From NCBI RefSeq assembly GCF_006345805.1, contig NC_043000.1:145824001-145888000 (forward strand): DNA of 64,000 nucleotides. The letters are read 5' to 3'. This DNA is from Octopus sinensis. Lineage: Eukaryota. The translations under genes were made by a program, and so were the position numbers. The notes beneath the pieces were generated by a model. That model was not told the origin of the DNA and did not search any database. It saw only the letters and a program-made list of their open reading frames with translations. Positions 1 to 13,105 of this stretch are shown here, one piece after another; the stretch's first letter is position 1; each line of letters starts with the position of its first letter.

Positions 1-340
1 GGGGCGGTTTAACTAAACCCATCTTCTCAAAATATCTAAATTAAGCACATGTATATGAAAAGGGTGATAAATTAGTAAGATCCTTTGAGCATCGGAAATA
101 ATATTTACTACCTTTGCTGTGACTCTTTACGAGTTGAGATCAAATTGCACGAAGTTTAGATTCCGTCTTCGTCTTCTCGGATCAAGAAAATAAAATAAAA
201 AAGCAATTCAACTAATGGGCTCGCCGGAATCGATTATCTCCCTCCGCTCAAACTTTTTGTACTTCACCCTAAATCAGAGACAATTATTGAACTATTACTA
301 TATTGAATTATTACTATCAATAATATTAGTAAATGGCTTC

Positions 341-700
341 AAAGGCGATGATTTCGCGGAATCGATAACACGTCGGGCAAAATACTTAACAGCTTTTCGT
401 CGGTCTTTACGTTCTGAGTTCAAATAACGCTGATGTCGATTTTGCCTTTCATCTTTTCGGATTCTGTAAAATAAGTATCAGTTGATCATTGGCGTCGATG
501 TAAAGGGCTTACTCCCTACTTTGAAGTTGCTGGCCTGTGCCAAAGTTCGAAAGCAAAGGCGGCGAACCGGCAAAATCGCTACTTATTGCACAAAAAGGTT
601 TGTTGTATGTCTTAAAGCTCTTTGCATTCTGAGTTCAAATCCTACCGTGACCAAATTACCTTTTGTCATTCTCTTGACAATAAAATGCAGTCAAGTAGTC
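341..700 (+). mobile_element. Two degraded tandem SINE copies (GGCGGCGA..-headed family)
   Basis: Two units (about 341-545 and 557-700) share AAAGGCG..., TTCTGAGTTCAAAT (B-box-like) and TTTGCCTTTCATC-like motifs; the same family recurs at 15807, 26918, 30014, 47930 and 52140. Confidence 0.6.
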
Positions 701-1018
701 TAACCCATTTAACTGATGGAAATGTGCCTAAAGCAGAAACACTTTTTTTTACTAGTGTTTATGTAGGTGTTTATCGCTGCTGTTTCATTTTCTGATCTAC
801 TGCTATTTCATTTTCTGATCTACTGAAAACCTACTATCCGTTTGCTTTGAGTTAAAATGTATGGTATTGAAACACACAATATTACCTGTGTATCGTAAGA
901 TAGAAGAGTTAACTCAAGAAATATTTTGAAAGATTTATCTCTCTTTGATATGGTGGCTAAGCGGTTACGTCCACACACCACACACACTGACAGACACATG
1001 CAAAGACACACGCACATA

Positions 1019-1077
<59 letters not shown>

Positions 1078-2164
1078 GTATATATATATACATATAGGTA
1101 CGTATTTGTTTATGTATATGTGTGTGTATTATTCGTGTGTGTTATATATATACATATGTCTCTGTGTGTATGTGTGTATATAATTATATATATATATATA
1201 TGTTTGGATTCAACATTCAAAGAGAAATATATTTGTGGTCGTTATATACCCTAATACTATTATATACACCATCTTGTGATAAACTTGCGCTTTCACGCTT
1301 GTTGAATTTTGTTTATGTACCTAAGAGGTCATGTCATGCCTCTTCTCTCTCTCTCTTTCTCTCCCTCTCTCTTTCTCCCTCTTTCCCTCTTTCTGTCTCA
1401 CATACACATTCATGAACGTACATACATACAAGCACACAGAAGTACAAATGCTAGGCTTTGCTTTTAAGAAATAACAATGACTAAAACGTATGGGGCATCC
1501 GCTTCTACTACTTGACAACATTAAACAAAATCCTCTTTCTTCGTATCTTGTACTTCATTATGATGTAACGAAATTATATTCTAGGAATCTGATGAAACAA
1601 AAACACGAAATCAACATGAAACAGACGCTGCCAAAATTCGATTAGCATAAATGTGATTTGCATATTCCGACTGATAATTTCACCTGCATTTTAGGCGATT
1701 CAGACTTGAAAACAATGTCAACGAAGTGATATCGCTAATCTATCAATATGTATAACCTCTCAACGCTACCTAATCAACACGAAATTTATCCGTACTTCCT
1801 AGTGCACTGCTGACACTCATTCTCATTCCATAATGAATTCTCCAATTAACGTTGATAAATTTTAAATCCCTCTGCTAAGTTTTGCATTAAAATGACTAAT
1901 TTCAACAATGTTTCTATTCTGATTACTCTCAGCTGAATTTTGATTAATTAGTGACGCGGTTATCAAGTATGTTAGTGCTCGCTTGAATATAATATTGCAT
2001 TAAAGCACTGAAATTCTATGAATTTTGCTTCATATGTGTAATTTGACATCATTACATATTCGAAGCATTTAGCAAATAATCAGATGGTTTTCAAAAGCAT
2101 AGATACAACACACTTCAGCCGCTAATTTTTTTGTGTCTCCATTTTTTGATATTTTATCTTCTAA

Positions 2165-2395
2165 TTATTTCGGTCATTAGAATGTGGTCATGCAGCAGCA
2201 CCACCTCGAGAAAATGTTTTGGTTGAAAAACTCAACCCCAGTATATATTTTTTTAAAGACTGGTAATTATTCTATCGTCCTCTTATGATGAACCGTTAAA
2301 TCATTGGGATGTAATCACACCAACACGGGATCACAAACGGATGTGTGAAGCAAACACAAACACAAAATCAATAAAGATACACACACACACACGAA
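2165..2395 (-). mobile_element. Degraded 3' part of the microsatellite-containing SINE family (cf. 62168-62575)
   Basis: TGTGGTCATGCAGCAGCACC...AACCCCAG...TTATTCTATCG is the reverse complement of the tail of the 62168 copy. Confidence 0.55.
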
Positions 2396-2417
2396 CATAT
2401 ATATACGTATGCCCATG

Positions 2418-2452
<35 letters not shown>

Positions 2453-2671
2453 TATATATATATATATATGCATGTATGTATGAATATATATATACATACA
2501 TATACAGATACATATATATATATATATAATATATATATATATTATATATAGAAAATAGTAAAAAGTGAAAAAACTACAGAAGGCTTGTTTTAAAAGGTTA
2601 AAAAATATATATTTGAGTCAATATGTCTGAAGAATGTTATCAATTTTTTTTTCTTTTATATATATATATAT

Positions 2672-2803
2672 TGCCAGTAGTCATATGCTTGTCTCAAAGC
2701 TTAGCCCATGCAAGTGTAAGTTCATGCCGTAAACGAATGGTGAAACCGCGAATGGCTCAGGAACCGGACCTAATCCTCGGGACCGTACGTTTCAATCTCC
2801 TAC
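2672..2803 (+). pseudogene. 18S rRNA 5'-end fragment (about nt 15-145), not a functional rRNA gene
   Basis: TGCCAGTAGTCATATGCTTGTCTCAAAG...CCATGCA...GGTGAAACCGCGAATGGCTCA matches the universally conserved eukaryotic SSU rRNA 5' end; similarity stops at CCTAC, where TTGGATAAC would follow. Confidence 0.9.
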
Positions 2804-3010
2804 CTTATTATTATTATTATTATTAACTTCTTATAATCATCAATAATAATGACCTTTTGCCTAGTAATACTCTAAATGTATATATTTGTCACTACCTGGC
2901 ATAAATAGCCTTTTTTATATGTACAATATGCATTTTCGTTGATTTTTTTATATTTTAACCTTACATTTCCACGTGTATTTTATATTTTTTCAAAACATAT
3001 TTCTACTATA
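2788..3010 (+). mobile_element. 3' tail of a TA-embedded non-autonomous element, same family as 38700-39028
   Basis: CTTATAATCATC..ATAATAATGACCTTT..CTAAATGTATATATTTGTCACTACCTG.CATAAATAGCC..ACATTTCCACGTGTATTTTATATTTT..AACATATTTCTACT aligns with 38850-39025 and with the reverse complement of 38708-38813. Confidence 0.8.
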
Positions 3011-3029
3011 TATATATATAAATACATAA

Positions 3030-3383
3030 TCGAAGTGAATACCCGATCGCGCGGTTAAACCATTGGGAGTGAAGGACTCCTAGGCTTTGTTAGGGCATCC
3101 TTCTAGGAGAAGGTAACTCAGGTAACAGGGATGACTCAGAGATAAAACCTGCGGCTCAGTGGTTACCGATGATGTTGGCTTGTTCTTCTTTACGAATTAG
3201 GGCTGCTGTTGCTTAGTGAGTGGGTTTGACTCAGTGCACAACCTTTCCTCACTTAAAAAAAATCTTCTTGCACAGGCATTGCACGATAACATTGTTCATG
3301 ATTGGTGACAGTGATGTGAGTCTCAATTGAATGGCTGGCTATAGCCTTAAAAAGCAAATAAAAGTCACCTTCGATCACACCAC

Positions 3384-3389
<6 letters not shown>
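3030..3389. mobile_element. Interspersed repeat flanked by (TA)n, probably non-autonomous; GGAGAAGGTAACTC resembles RTE-type 5' UTRs
   Basis: GC-richer island bounded by TA runs, with short inverted ends TCGAAGTGA / TCACCTTCGA. Confidence 0.35.
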
Positions 3390-3423
<34 letters not shown>

Positions 3424-3426
<3 letters not shown>

Positions 3427-3695
3427 CGCCAAGCTAATATGGTGGTCTATAAATATAGGACGAAAGCTGCCGTTAATTAGCTGCAAGAGGCCATCGCCTC
3501 TAGCTAGCTATATGACACACGAACCTGTGTCCCTTATAACCTTCGAACATGGGAAGTCAGCCGCTTCCCCCTGTTCGAAGGTTACAATGGACACAGGTTC
3601 GTGTGTCATATAGCTCTAGAGGTGATGGCGACTTGGAGCTAATTAACGGCAGCTTTCGTCCTATATTTATGGACTGCCATATTAGCTTGGCGATA
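3424..3695. mobile_element. Foldback/MITE-like near-perfect 272-bp palindrome
   Basis: TATCGCCAAGCTAATATGG...CCATATTAGCTTGGCGATA; arms of about 130 bp pair almost to the centre (loop near 3556-3562); TA at both ends. Confidence 0.85.
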
Positions 3696-3791
3696 GCTGT
3701 TAATATCCAGTACCGCTGCCGTAGTCTGCTTTAGAGTGACTTAGAAATAATAATATTTATATATATATATATAAATACACACACACACACT

Positions 3792-3882
<91 letters not shown>

Positions 3883-4413
3883 ATGTATATGTATATGTAT
3901 ACACACATATATATAAATAGCGGGTATCTTTCGTTTTCATCTGCCAAATCCAGATCCGTGCCGTTGGAAACGAACTTCCAACCACAGAGTCACGCAAGGT
4001 TTCTTTCTTTTTCCCAAAGTGAAATGGAATGTCTTAAAAACTTTGGTAGTTTAGGATGAGATAATCCACATGTACCAGCTTCATAACCTTCGATATAGTT
4101 TTAATTAACTATTTTATGATCATATATTCTAAATAATATAATCCAGCGCTTAGTATAACTTTCAGTACATAACATAAAGCATAATTTCTATATTGTCGCA
4201 TATATATTTTTAATATTTTTGTCTCTTTTAAGGCTTTGCTTAAGTATTACCATTAAATTGCTTGATAATGTTCGCATTGATAGTGAAACATATTTCCGAG
4301 AGTAAAAAGTATTTTGGCTTAAATATTGCATATAAATTGTAAATTGTGTATCCAACACTACGCACTACTTCTTATTCATTTTCATTGATACATGTACTTA
4401 TTCTAGCAGCATC

Positions 4414-4447
<34 letters not shown>

Positions 4448-4522
4448 CAAATATATGTATATATATATATATATATTATATATATATATGTATGTATATG
4501 TATATATGACTATATACATATG

Positions 4523-4556
<34 letters not shown>

Positions 4557-4613
4557 ATATATTATATATATATATATATACACATGTATGTATATGTATA
4601 TATGACTATATAC

Positions 4614-4669
<56 letters not shown>

Positions 4670-4974
4670 CTATTTACAGAATATTGTATACGTAAGATCG
4701 TGATGCACGTAAATATTATTAAGGTTTCTACCAACTTGAAAGTAGATAGCAAAGAATATATGAATATATATATAATATATATATATATTGTTTAAATGAT
4801 GTCACAGCCTATCTATGTTGATGAACCCTAAATTTCATTTACTTTTTACACTAATTGGGAATACGTGTTAATGTCAGATATCGTTTCTAATGTCATAAAA
4901 AAGTTATATGTTATGACGGTTTTCGTTATATTGCGAATATAAAACATAAAAGTATATATAAATGTGCGTATGTG

Positions 4975-5288
4975 TGTAATAGGTCTTTATGGAAAGAGGT
5001 TCTTCTCTCCTAGGGATGAATTTTTTCCAAACGTACACAAAACCAGATATATCCCGATTAACGATACTGGAAATTCTGCATATGTATCGGTACTAGTGCT
5101 TATTGTTGGTTCTTGTTGGATAATTGTACCTTACACTTCTGAAATTTCAGTGGTCGCTATAGGTTTTTCCATCCTTTTCCATATATGGAAGGGGCAATCA
5201 GCCGAAACGCTGCGTAGGCAATATGCGTTGACTATGGCAATAAATAAATTAATTATCCTCTGTATTAATTCTCCATTTTCTTTATAGA
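4975..5288 (+). mobile_element. Probable PLE-type tail remnant with the 3' half of a hammerhead motif
   Basis: CAGCC-GAAAC-GCTGC-GTA at 5199-5216 (stem II 3' strand, GAAAC, self-complementary stem III, GUA); no CUGANGA upstream; AT-rich tail ending in TA. Confidence 0.35.
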
Positions 5289-5289
5289 T

Positions 5290-6021
5290 ATGCAGAGTCA
5301 TATTGCCTGTAGCCACTCTTTTGACCCGGGGCAGTACTTTCTCCTCCAGGCACTTGATTTTTATCACCTTCATTACATGTTTTTGGGGACACAGAAAGCC
5401 AACGGTTGTTCTGTGTGTTCACCATCTGATCCTGGCAGAAATTATCCTAGTCTGAGAAAAACCAATGCATGTTCGGTTGGAGGGAATACTTCAGCTTGTT
5501 CAAATGCTTCGTAACGCCGTCATTCCTTTTGTCCATAATGGCTTGTGATAAAAATTAGCACTTTTTAATCTTGTATGAAGAATAGCGAATATCTTGATAC
5601 ACAATCTGCCTCAAAAGAAACTCAAACACATTCATGTCCCTGGCGAAGGATCTGACTGACCTGATCGTTGAGAATCTCACCAAAAAATTCAGGAATTCTT
5701 TTATTATCAGAACGATAAGAATGTGTTTCCCAATCTGCCGTACCTTCATAATCACCATTAAACTCATCCAACTCTTTCCGAATCCTCTGCACTGTCCTCA
5801 TATTGACAACCAAACACTCTGAGATGTTCGTATTGAAGCTTCTGGCGCGAATGCCAAGCAGTAAAACATGTCATTTCTGAATATCTAGCTGAGTGAATTG
5901 TGTCTTGGTGCTGTTTTTTTTTCTCACAGACTGTACCCAACTGACCCTACTATACTATGTTGTCAACAAAATCAAAATTAAAAACATACAATGTAGACAA
6001 TTTACCAATTACACCCTGTAT
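5290..6021 (-). mobile_element. Degraded Tc1/mariner (maT/DD37D-like) DNA transposon, internally deleted
   Basis: Minus-strand fragments RTVQRIRKELDEFNGDYE, SVRSFARDMNV..LLRQIVYQDIRYSSYK (HTH region) and KCLEEKVLPRVKRVATG (before the QQD motif); terminus TACAGGGTG at about 6013-6021. Confidence 0.75.
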
Positions 6022-6559
6022 ACGCTGTTTGAGTTTACCAAAGGAGGTGTTTTTACCTCATTTTCACATATAGTCATGGACAGGCTATTCACTTTACCTC
6101 CGGTTCGATTCAGGTACGTGCTGTTGGTAAGCGACAAAATGGCAAAGCATCTGTCGCTCATGAATGGGACTTGCGGCTAGTTGTCTCACTTTTGTGTGAA
6201 TGTGATCTTCACGAGTTTTAACACCCGGCGCTTTTAGAGAATTATCTCTACTGCGTCATTTTTCTGTCGACCGGACAGCGAACAAGCGAGGCATATATAT
6301 TGTGTGTGTTCGATTAAGTGTGTGAGTATGTATGTATGTATGTATGTATGTATGTATGTATGTATGTATGTATGTATGTATGTATGTACGTACGTATGTA
6401 TGTATGTATATATAATTGCACACACAAAATCCGTTAGATTCACTTCAACATTTAAATTTAATTTGTCAAAATCTTTTCGTCGCTTTGATCACTGACAAAA
6501 TTCTGTGCTGCGCAGCAATTCCGTATTGCCCATGCACCGTTTTTTCTTGCCAATCTCGA

Positions 6560-6990
6560 TATTACCTTCAAGATTTTCTGTTTGTCTTTTGTTGTACACC
6601 TTTTTTGCTGCCTTAGTGGGTGTTGTGTCCCACTTATCATCATCATAATCAGGCAGGTTAAGCTCTCGTCTGTATTTATATGTCTTCATTGAGATTGAAT
6701 ACAGTTTCTTAATCTCTTTATGTTGCCTTACCAGCCTTATCATCTAGTCGTTGTTACTTTAGATTTAATTTTGGAGTCCTATCGTAGTCGTTTTATAGCA
6801 CGATTTAAGTTGGATCAGCCCTTTACCGTCATCCTTTCGTGGAAGATAGAGCCTGTGGGCGTCCGATTTTGAGTGCTGCATCTTGTGTGGTGTCAGTAGT
6901 TTCCTGGACTTAATGCCCTTAAGCTGGATTTCATTCAGATTCCAATTGAGGACAATAAGGCTATACTGGGCAACTGGTAGAGTCAGGAAG
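6560..6990 (-). mobile_element. R4/Dong-type LINE fragment (post-RT region)
   Basis: Minus-strand KSDAHRLYLPRKDDGKGLIQLKSCYKTT resembles the HPKSDxDRLYLPRxxGGRGL motif of R4/Dong ORFs. Confidence 0.7.
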
Positions 6991-7018
6991 TTTCTAATTG
7001 CAATTGTATTCTGAAAGT

Positions 7019-7106
7019 CTTCTTCTTCTTCTTCTTCTTCTTCTTCTACTACTCCTCCTCCTCCTCATCAGCATCATCATCAGCATCATCATGATCATCA
7101 TGATCA

Positions 7107-7137
<31 letters not shown>

Positions 7138-7246
7138 CATTATCACCATCATCATCACCATCATCATCATCACCATCAACATCATCATCATCATCATTAT
7201 CATCATCATCATCATCACCACCACCATCGTCATCATCATCATCATT
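7019..7246. repeat. Compound trinucleotide microsatellite (CTT/CAT/ATT)
   Basis: Direct reading. Confidence 0.95.
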
Positions 7247-7269
7247 AACAGCATGAGAAGTTGTTTACT

Positions 7270-7560
7270 GATCATGATTCAAGAGCCATTCACAGGACTC
7301 TTGCAGATCCAGGCAATGATAGTTTTTGTAGTTGTTCTATCTTTACATTCGATCCAACCTTTTTTAGCCATGCTGGTAGTTGGGTAATGGTACCTCTAAA
7401 TGCACCAATCACTATTTGTATGACGCGCACTTTCTTTAATGCCCTCGACCTTCGTATTTCCCACTTTAATTCATTTTAGGTGTTCACTTTTTTAATCTTT
7501 CTCTTCAGCTCTGTTGTCACCAAGACATGCTACGGTAATTATCTGACAGGATGAACAATC
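7270..7560 (-). mobile_element. R4/Dong-type LINE 3' end (restriction-like endonuclease C-terminus)
   Basis: Minus-strand EIRRSRALKKVRVIQIVIGAFRGTI resembles EIxRMWxxxxVxVIPIVIGALGTI; runs into the trinucleotide array. Confidence 0.5.
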
Positions 7561-10500
7561 AGAATCATTATTGCATCGTAGAGAGGATTCTTACCATCAA
7601 TTTTCCTGTCTATTTATTTCTGAGAGCAAATCCTTTCTATTTCGACTTTGCTGTCTATACTCTCAGTTTTAATAAAATAATGTACCAGTCATGTTCTGGT
7701 GTTTATTTAATCGATTTGTTCTTCTCTTTGAAAGTGCACGTTTTTCATTGACATGTCATGTACTTCAGTTCTTGTGACATAGGGTTAAGCGAAGCCAAAC
7801 TAATATATCGACACATACACAAGTTTAGTTTTTATCTGATTAGTAGTTTTGCTTATGCTTTGTATTTTTCAAATGATATTTACTTTAGTTTTAGTTTACT
7901 TCCCCCTCTATCTATCTCATGCACACACACACACTCCCTCATTGATTCTCCGTCTCTCTTTCTCGCATTCTCTTGGGAACATTTATGCATTTTGGTTCTT
8001 GAGTCGCGGTGAAATGTCATTTCAGCTTATGTTAGTAAATGTATCTTCATATAGATGCCAAGATGATTAAATGTCATGGGAAATGAGTCTGATAGCGATA
8101 ATCATGCATAATTACTCCACAGTTTGCTTTGCGCTGATACATATTGTCAAATGTGTGGTGGGCTGATTTTCTTATTTGTATAAAAATTTACGAGAGAGAA
8201 CAATTCTTTTCTTTTCAATTATCCTTGAAGCCTGCAAAAATTATTTTTAAAGTAGAAATAAACGAGTTTGTTTTCTTCGGTTACAGCAACGAAATATTTG
8301 TATTAAAACATTAGGTACTCACAAATTATTCTCTTATCCCTGCGTTTCATATAGTAAATAAGCATGAAGAATATTTATACAAAGTCATTTTAATCCGTGT
8401 AGCATGTTCTGGTGTTGAGCTCAGAAGCACAGTAGAAAGTACTATTTACTGATAATATCAGCAATCACTATTGAATATTACTGTGAAATGTTGCGAGAAA
8501 GCGATGGACAATTTGATGCCTTCGTGAGTCAAATATCAGCCAAGGCACACTGAGGAACATATGTAAGAAGTTTCGGCGGCTCTGCACTTTGTGAATACCA
8601 TATCCTCAAGGGAAAATCAACTAAAGCCACGATCCTTACGTTAAATCCAAGGCCATGAATGCGGGGAGTATGAGAGAGGCATGCTTATGTCGGACCTATA
8701 CACCAAACATAAACAATCTAGAGAATAAAACGAGGAACCCTCGCAATCCTTCAATGGCGGAAGGAAGAAGAGGGAAAAGCGCGCAATGTTTTATCACACA
8801 CTCTTCTTTCGTAACATGAAAAATAAGATCCTCGGGATATTATCCCGTTGCCCATAAGTTCCTTTCGCGCAACATGCATACAATAACATTTTCAAAATAC
8901 ATGTAATTAGATTCTCCTAGTACACCGCAGTCAATATATCCACTATCATAGTGGCTAATAATAGAGCAAACATGCAAGATACAAAGAAGTCGCGTATTGT
9001 CCTTACATTCGAAACGCGGAGTAGATGAAACAGGGACAACTGATGAAGGGAATAGTCTTTATGTTGCATGTCTCGGTTCTCAGTTGTTTTCGTTGTTTGA
9101 AAAATAGTTTAATTTCTATGTTTTTGTTGTTATGTTTTCGTCTCTCATTGTGCCCACCTTTTTTATGTCCTGTACCTATATAGCATACGAACATGTATAT
9201 ATTTATATATATATATATGTACGTATGCATGGATATGTATATAAACGTTTGCTTATATGTTTCCATGAATGTAAATGCAACGTCAAGCATTATTGTCAGT
9301 TTCAAGCCGTCATACGCGCATAAATTATGAGAACACGTGATACTCCAATCATTTGCAGCGCAAATAATGTCCTGTACGTATTTTGCAGTCGACAGATATT
9401 AAATTTTTTTCTGTTCTTGTAAATTATTACATTTATGAATATGCATGTTTGTGTTCCTCTGTGTGCGCGTGTGTGTGTGCTTCTGTTCGAGTGTGAAAGT
9501 GCGCTCGCTCTAGTGTGCGTTGTGTTTGCTTCTGTATGTAAGCGCGTGTCTGCTGGGTATCTTTTAATGCCTGTATGGCATTTCAAATGAATTCCCCCGT
9601 ATGACACGTAATATTTATAAATCCAGAGTGTAAACATGATCTAATATTAGTTACTGCCAAGAAACATATCCGCTATTTAAAACTGCCGGACACGGAAATA
9701 CAGGCAAACACATCCATGCACATAAAAAAAACTTGAAACTGCATTCATAGTCACAGGCATACACATAGGAACAAAGCGAAATAAAAAAAATATGATACAA
9801 AATGTAATCTTCTATCATTACCAAAAATCACAAAGTAATATCACTTCCACAGACACAAAAGGAAAACATAGTTAGCAAAACTATGTAAAGAAACGATGAT
9901 GACTTTAAATTTTTAATGACATTTTTATTTCCTTTCTTTCTATCTCAAAGTCCTCCATCCTCAACCCGTTCTTTTTCCACATTTATTAATTTCTCTATAT
10001 GAAATGATGGCTGCATTTGCGTCGGAAGATCGATATGTTACGTATTTGTTGGATGCAAACTGAATAATGTATGACATTGTGCAAATTTGTTTTGCTTCCT
10101 AGCTCAGTTTTACTTAATGTTTTGAAAATAAATACATCATGTTTATAGCCCTGTAAGGGGTTTCTAACTAGAGACATTTCAATGGCCGTAATAAAAAGTA
10201 ATCATGATCATTATAGATGTATAGCGATATTTGGAAAAAATCGCGAAATATTTTGCTAAAATAATATGGTAACCATGCGAATGCTTATGTTCATGATGAG
10301 GCGGAAAAAAGAATATAATAAAGCAGATGCCGTCTCTGAAGAGAGATACGATGATGAGAATGACGTTCACCATTAAACATGATGGTGATTATGAGGGGAA
10401 TAAATGGTAACTATGCTCATCAGCGTGGTTACAATGGTGACTTTTAATGGAAGTAACAAATATTATAAAAGTGAGTCTTCAAATATACGATAATCACCAC

Positions 10501-10741
10501 CATCATCATTATCCTCCTCCTCCTCATCATCATCATCATCACTACCATCACAACCAACACCGCCAACAGCAACAACAAAACCATTATCATAACAACTACT
10601 GCTGTCATAATTTCCCTTTAAGCGCATTTCCTTATTTAAGTGATTCTATATTCATTCCATACTTTCGAAAAGAATATGCTTGATGACACATACATTTACA
10701 GCTGTCATCAGTTGCATCTGTATGTTTCCACTTCTAGATAA

Positions 10742-11085
10742 AGGGTAAAGACCCCCTTCGGTCATGAATGACCATGGGATTGCACCTAGAAAGTTACCCT
10801 CCTAGACACAAGTCTGGGCAAGGTTGTTTTTATGGAAGGCCAGCAGTCGCCCATGCATACCAGCCTCCCCTCTCCACGCCACCAGTGTTATCCAAGGGAA
10901 AGACAAAGGTTGATACAGCTTGGCGCCAGTGACGTCGCAACTCATTTCTATAGCTGAGTGAACTGGAGCAACGTGATATAAAGTGACTTGCTCGAGAACA
11001 CAACACGCAGCCCGGTCCGGGATTCGAGCTCACAACCTCACGATCGTAAGCTCGACGCTCTAACCACTGAGCCATGCGCCTTCAC
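10742..11085 (-). mobile_element. Full-length tRNA-derived CORE-type SINE
   Basis: Minus strand GTGAAGGCGCATGGCTCAGTGGTTAGAGCG (A box) ...CTCGAATCCC (B box), then CORE-like GAGCAAGTCACTT..TTGCTCCAGTTCACTCAGCT..AAATGAG, then a unique tail. Confidence 0.9.
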
Positions 11086-13053
11086 AGATATTTGGTACTT
11101 TAATAGCCATCACATATGGTTTATAAACATTCCCACTTCTTCCTTATCATTTTCTCTATGAAAATATTATTAAAAACATACGAGAAATATTGTGGTTAAG
11201 ACTGAGACGAGATGGTCATGGCTTAAAACTGGGTTCTTGAATTACAAACCATTGTAATAACAAATGCTGTGTTTTGACGGCTGGGGAGAGATTTTAGGCA
11301 CTTTGCAATGGCGCCTGTTTAGGTGTGTGTATTGTTCAAACTCTCGTCGTTTTCCATTTATCTATCTGTCTTTATATATCTATATATTGATAGAGAGAAC
11401 ATTCTATAGGGAAATATATTTGTGTATTTATCAACAGCTATATGAACACACAAACCTGTAACTAGTTTCATGAGTGCCAATGCACGAACCTTTCAGATGG
11501 TCACTCCCTTTTTTCTCATTCTACTAAGATAGTAGCTGAATAATATTCTTAAGGCCGCAATTTATCCACGCGCAGCACCTTTCAGAGCTTGTCGCTAATT
11601 CAGTTCTTAACCAAATTAAAACATTAACATTTTTGAAGAGGACTGGTCCCTAGCTACATTTTGGCATACAAAATTTATATTTGGTCCAATAGGAAAAAGC
11701 TTACAGCAAAATTTATAGCAACGTTATAGGAGATTAAGTAACGCCACCAATCAAGTTTAGATCTAAATAACTTTTTTTTTATTTTAAAAGCAAAATATAT
11801 TTGTCTTAGCTTTAATGATAGAAGAAAGCATAAATAATTTCATAGTTTTGGTCCCATGCAACAAATTGTATCATAAATGCTGTAAAGTAAAATATCATTA
11901 AAACATAGAAGGCAAAAAATTGGATTTAAGTATAATATACTTTTTTATATTAAAAACAAATTATATCTTAATTAAGCTTAAATGATAGAACTCAATTTGC
12001 ATAATTTTATGATATCAACACCATGCAAAGAAGTTTTAAAAGTGAAAAGTTATTAGTTTTTGATTCTCAAATTTGAGGGCAATATAATTCTAAACATTTT
12101 CTAAATATAGTTCCATAGCAAGACTTTTAATGTATGTCACCGGCATCATTGAGGTAACGAAAAAAGTATCAACGGCACCGCTAATTGACACATTCGATAC
12201 ATTAGTAATTAGCAAAATAGCATAGCCTGAAAAAATATGGATTACATGGAAAAATACGAGGAAGAGAAATAATATTCTTAAGATTATAAATCTGGAAAAG
12301 TACAGTACAATTTATTTCACTGGAATAGTTCAGGTCACGTTATTACATCTGGTAAAGTACAGAAAAAAGTGTTTACTTAATATCTTTGAAATAAGGATAA
12401 AATTTGAATATTAAAAATTATTTGATTATAATTTACTAAGTAACATTATAATTTTAAAAAAGTACCATCATTTAGTTAAAATATTGACAGAATAGAATAC
12501 TTTAAAAATGAGAGCCAGAAGTAGCAATATAACTAAAGTTTTATGCAAAATAGAATATTATATATGGTAGGCAAATTCATCATGTGAAAAATAGGCATTG
12601 GGTCAAGACTAAAACTGTGAAGACTTGGCAATAATCTTAGGCAATAACTCAAGCAAATGTTACTGTACATTTTATGTTATAGGATGTTTTACTGTAATAT
12701 GTAAGTAATTTTTGTATTATTCTATTTATTGTACCATTGTTGTTTATAACCTATTTTCAAATTTCTAATTTTTAATTAATAATTTTTAAAAAAAAACAAT
12801 TTTCTAAAGTGTAAAATATATTTTGAGTTCTTACTTTTATTTTTAATAGAAGTAACATGTAATATCTTGTAACAAAATTTTTAGTTTTAATAAAAGCTAA
12901 TATATTTTATTTGAAAATATATTGAAATGTTATCTGCAATATTTTAAATAAAAATATTCATGTCATGTACTTTACCAGCTGTAATAACTTCCCCGTACTT
13001 TTCCAGATTTATAATCTTAAGAATATTATTTCTCTTGCTCACATTTTCCCATG

Positions 13054-13105
<52 letters not shown>

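Noticed and set aside
779-825. 23-bp tandem duplication (similar ones at 15423-15465, 24796-24839, 63573-63650)
   Set aside because: Ordinary local slippage duplications with no further structure
2672-2803. Functional rDNA locus
   Set aside because: Only about 130 nt; lacks the first ~14 nt and all downstream 18S/ITS/28S sequence
3434-3470. GGACGAAAG in the 3424 palindrome as a hammerhead
   Set aside because: No CUGANGA box upstream in either arm
11010-11085. tRNA genes at SINE heads (also 32289, 41450, 54309, 63838)
   Set aside because: Cloverleafs are imperfect and each continues into a repeat body; they are SINE heads
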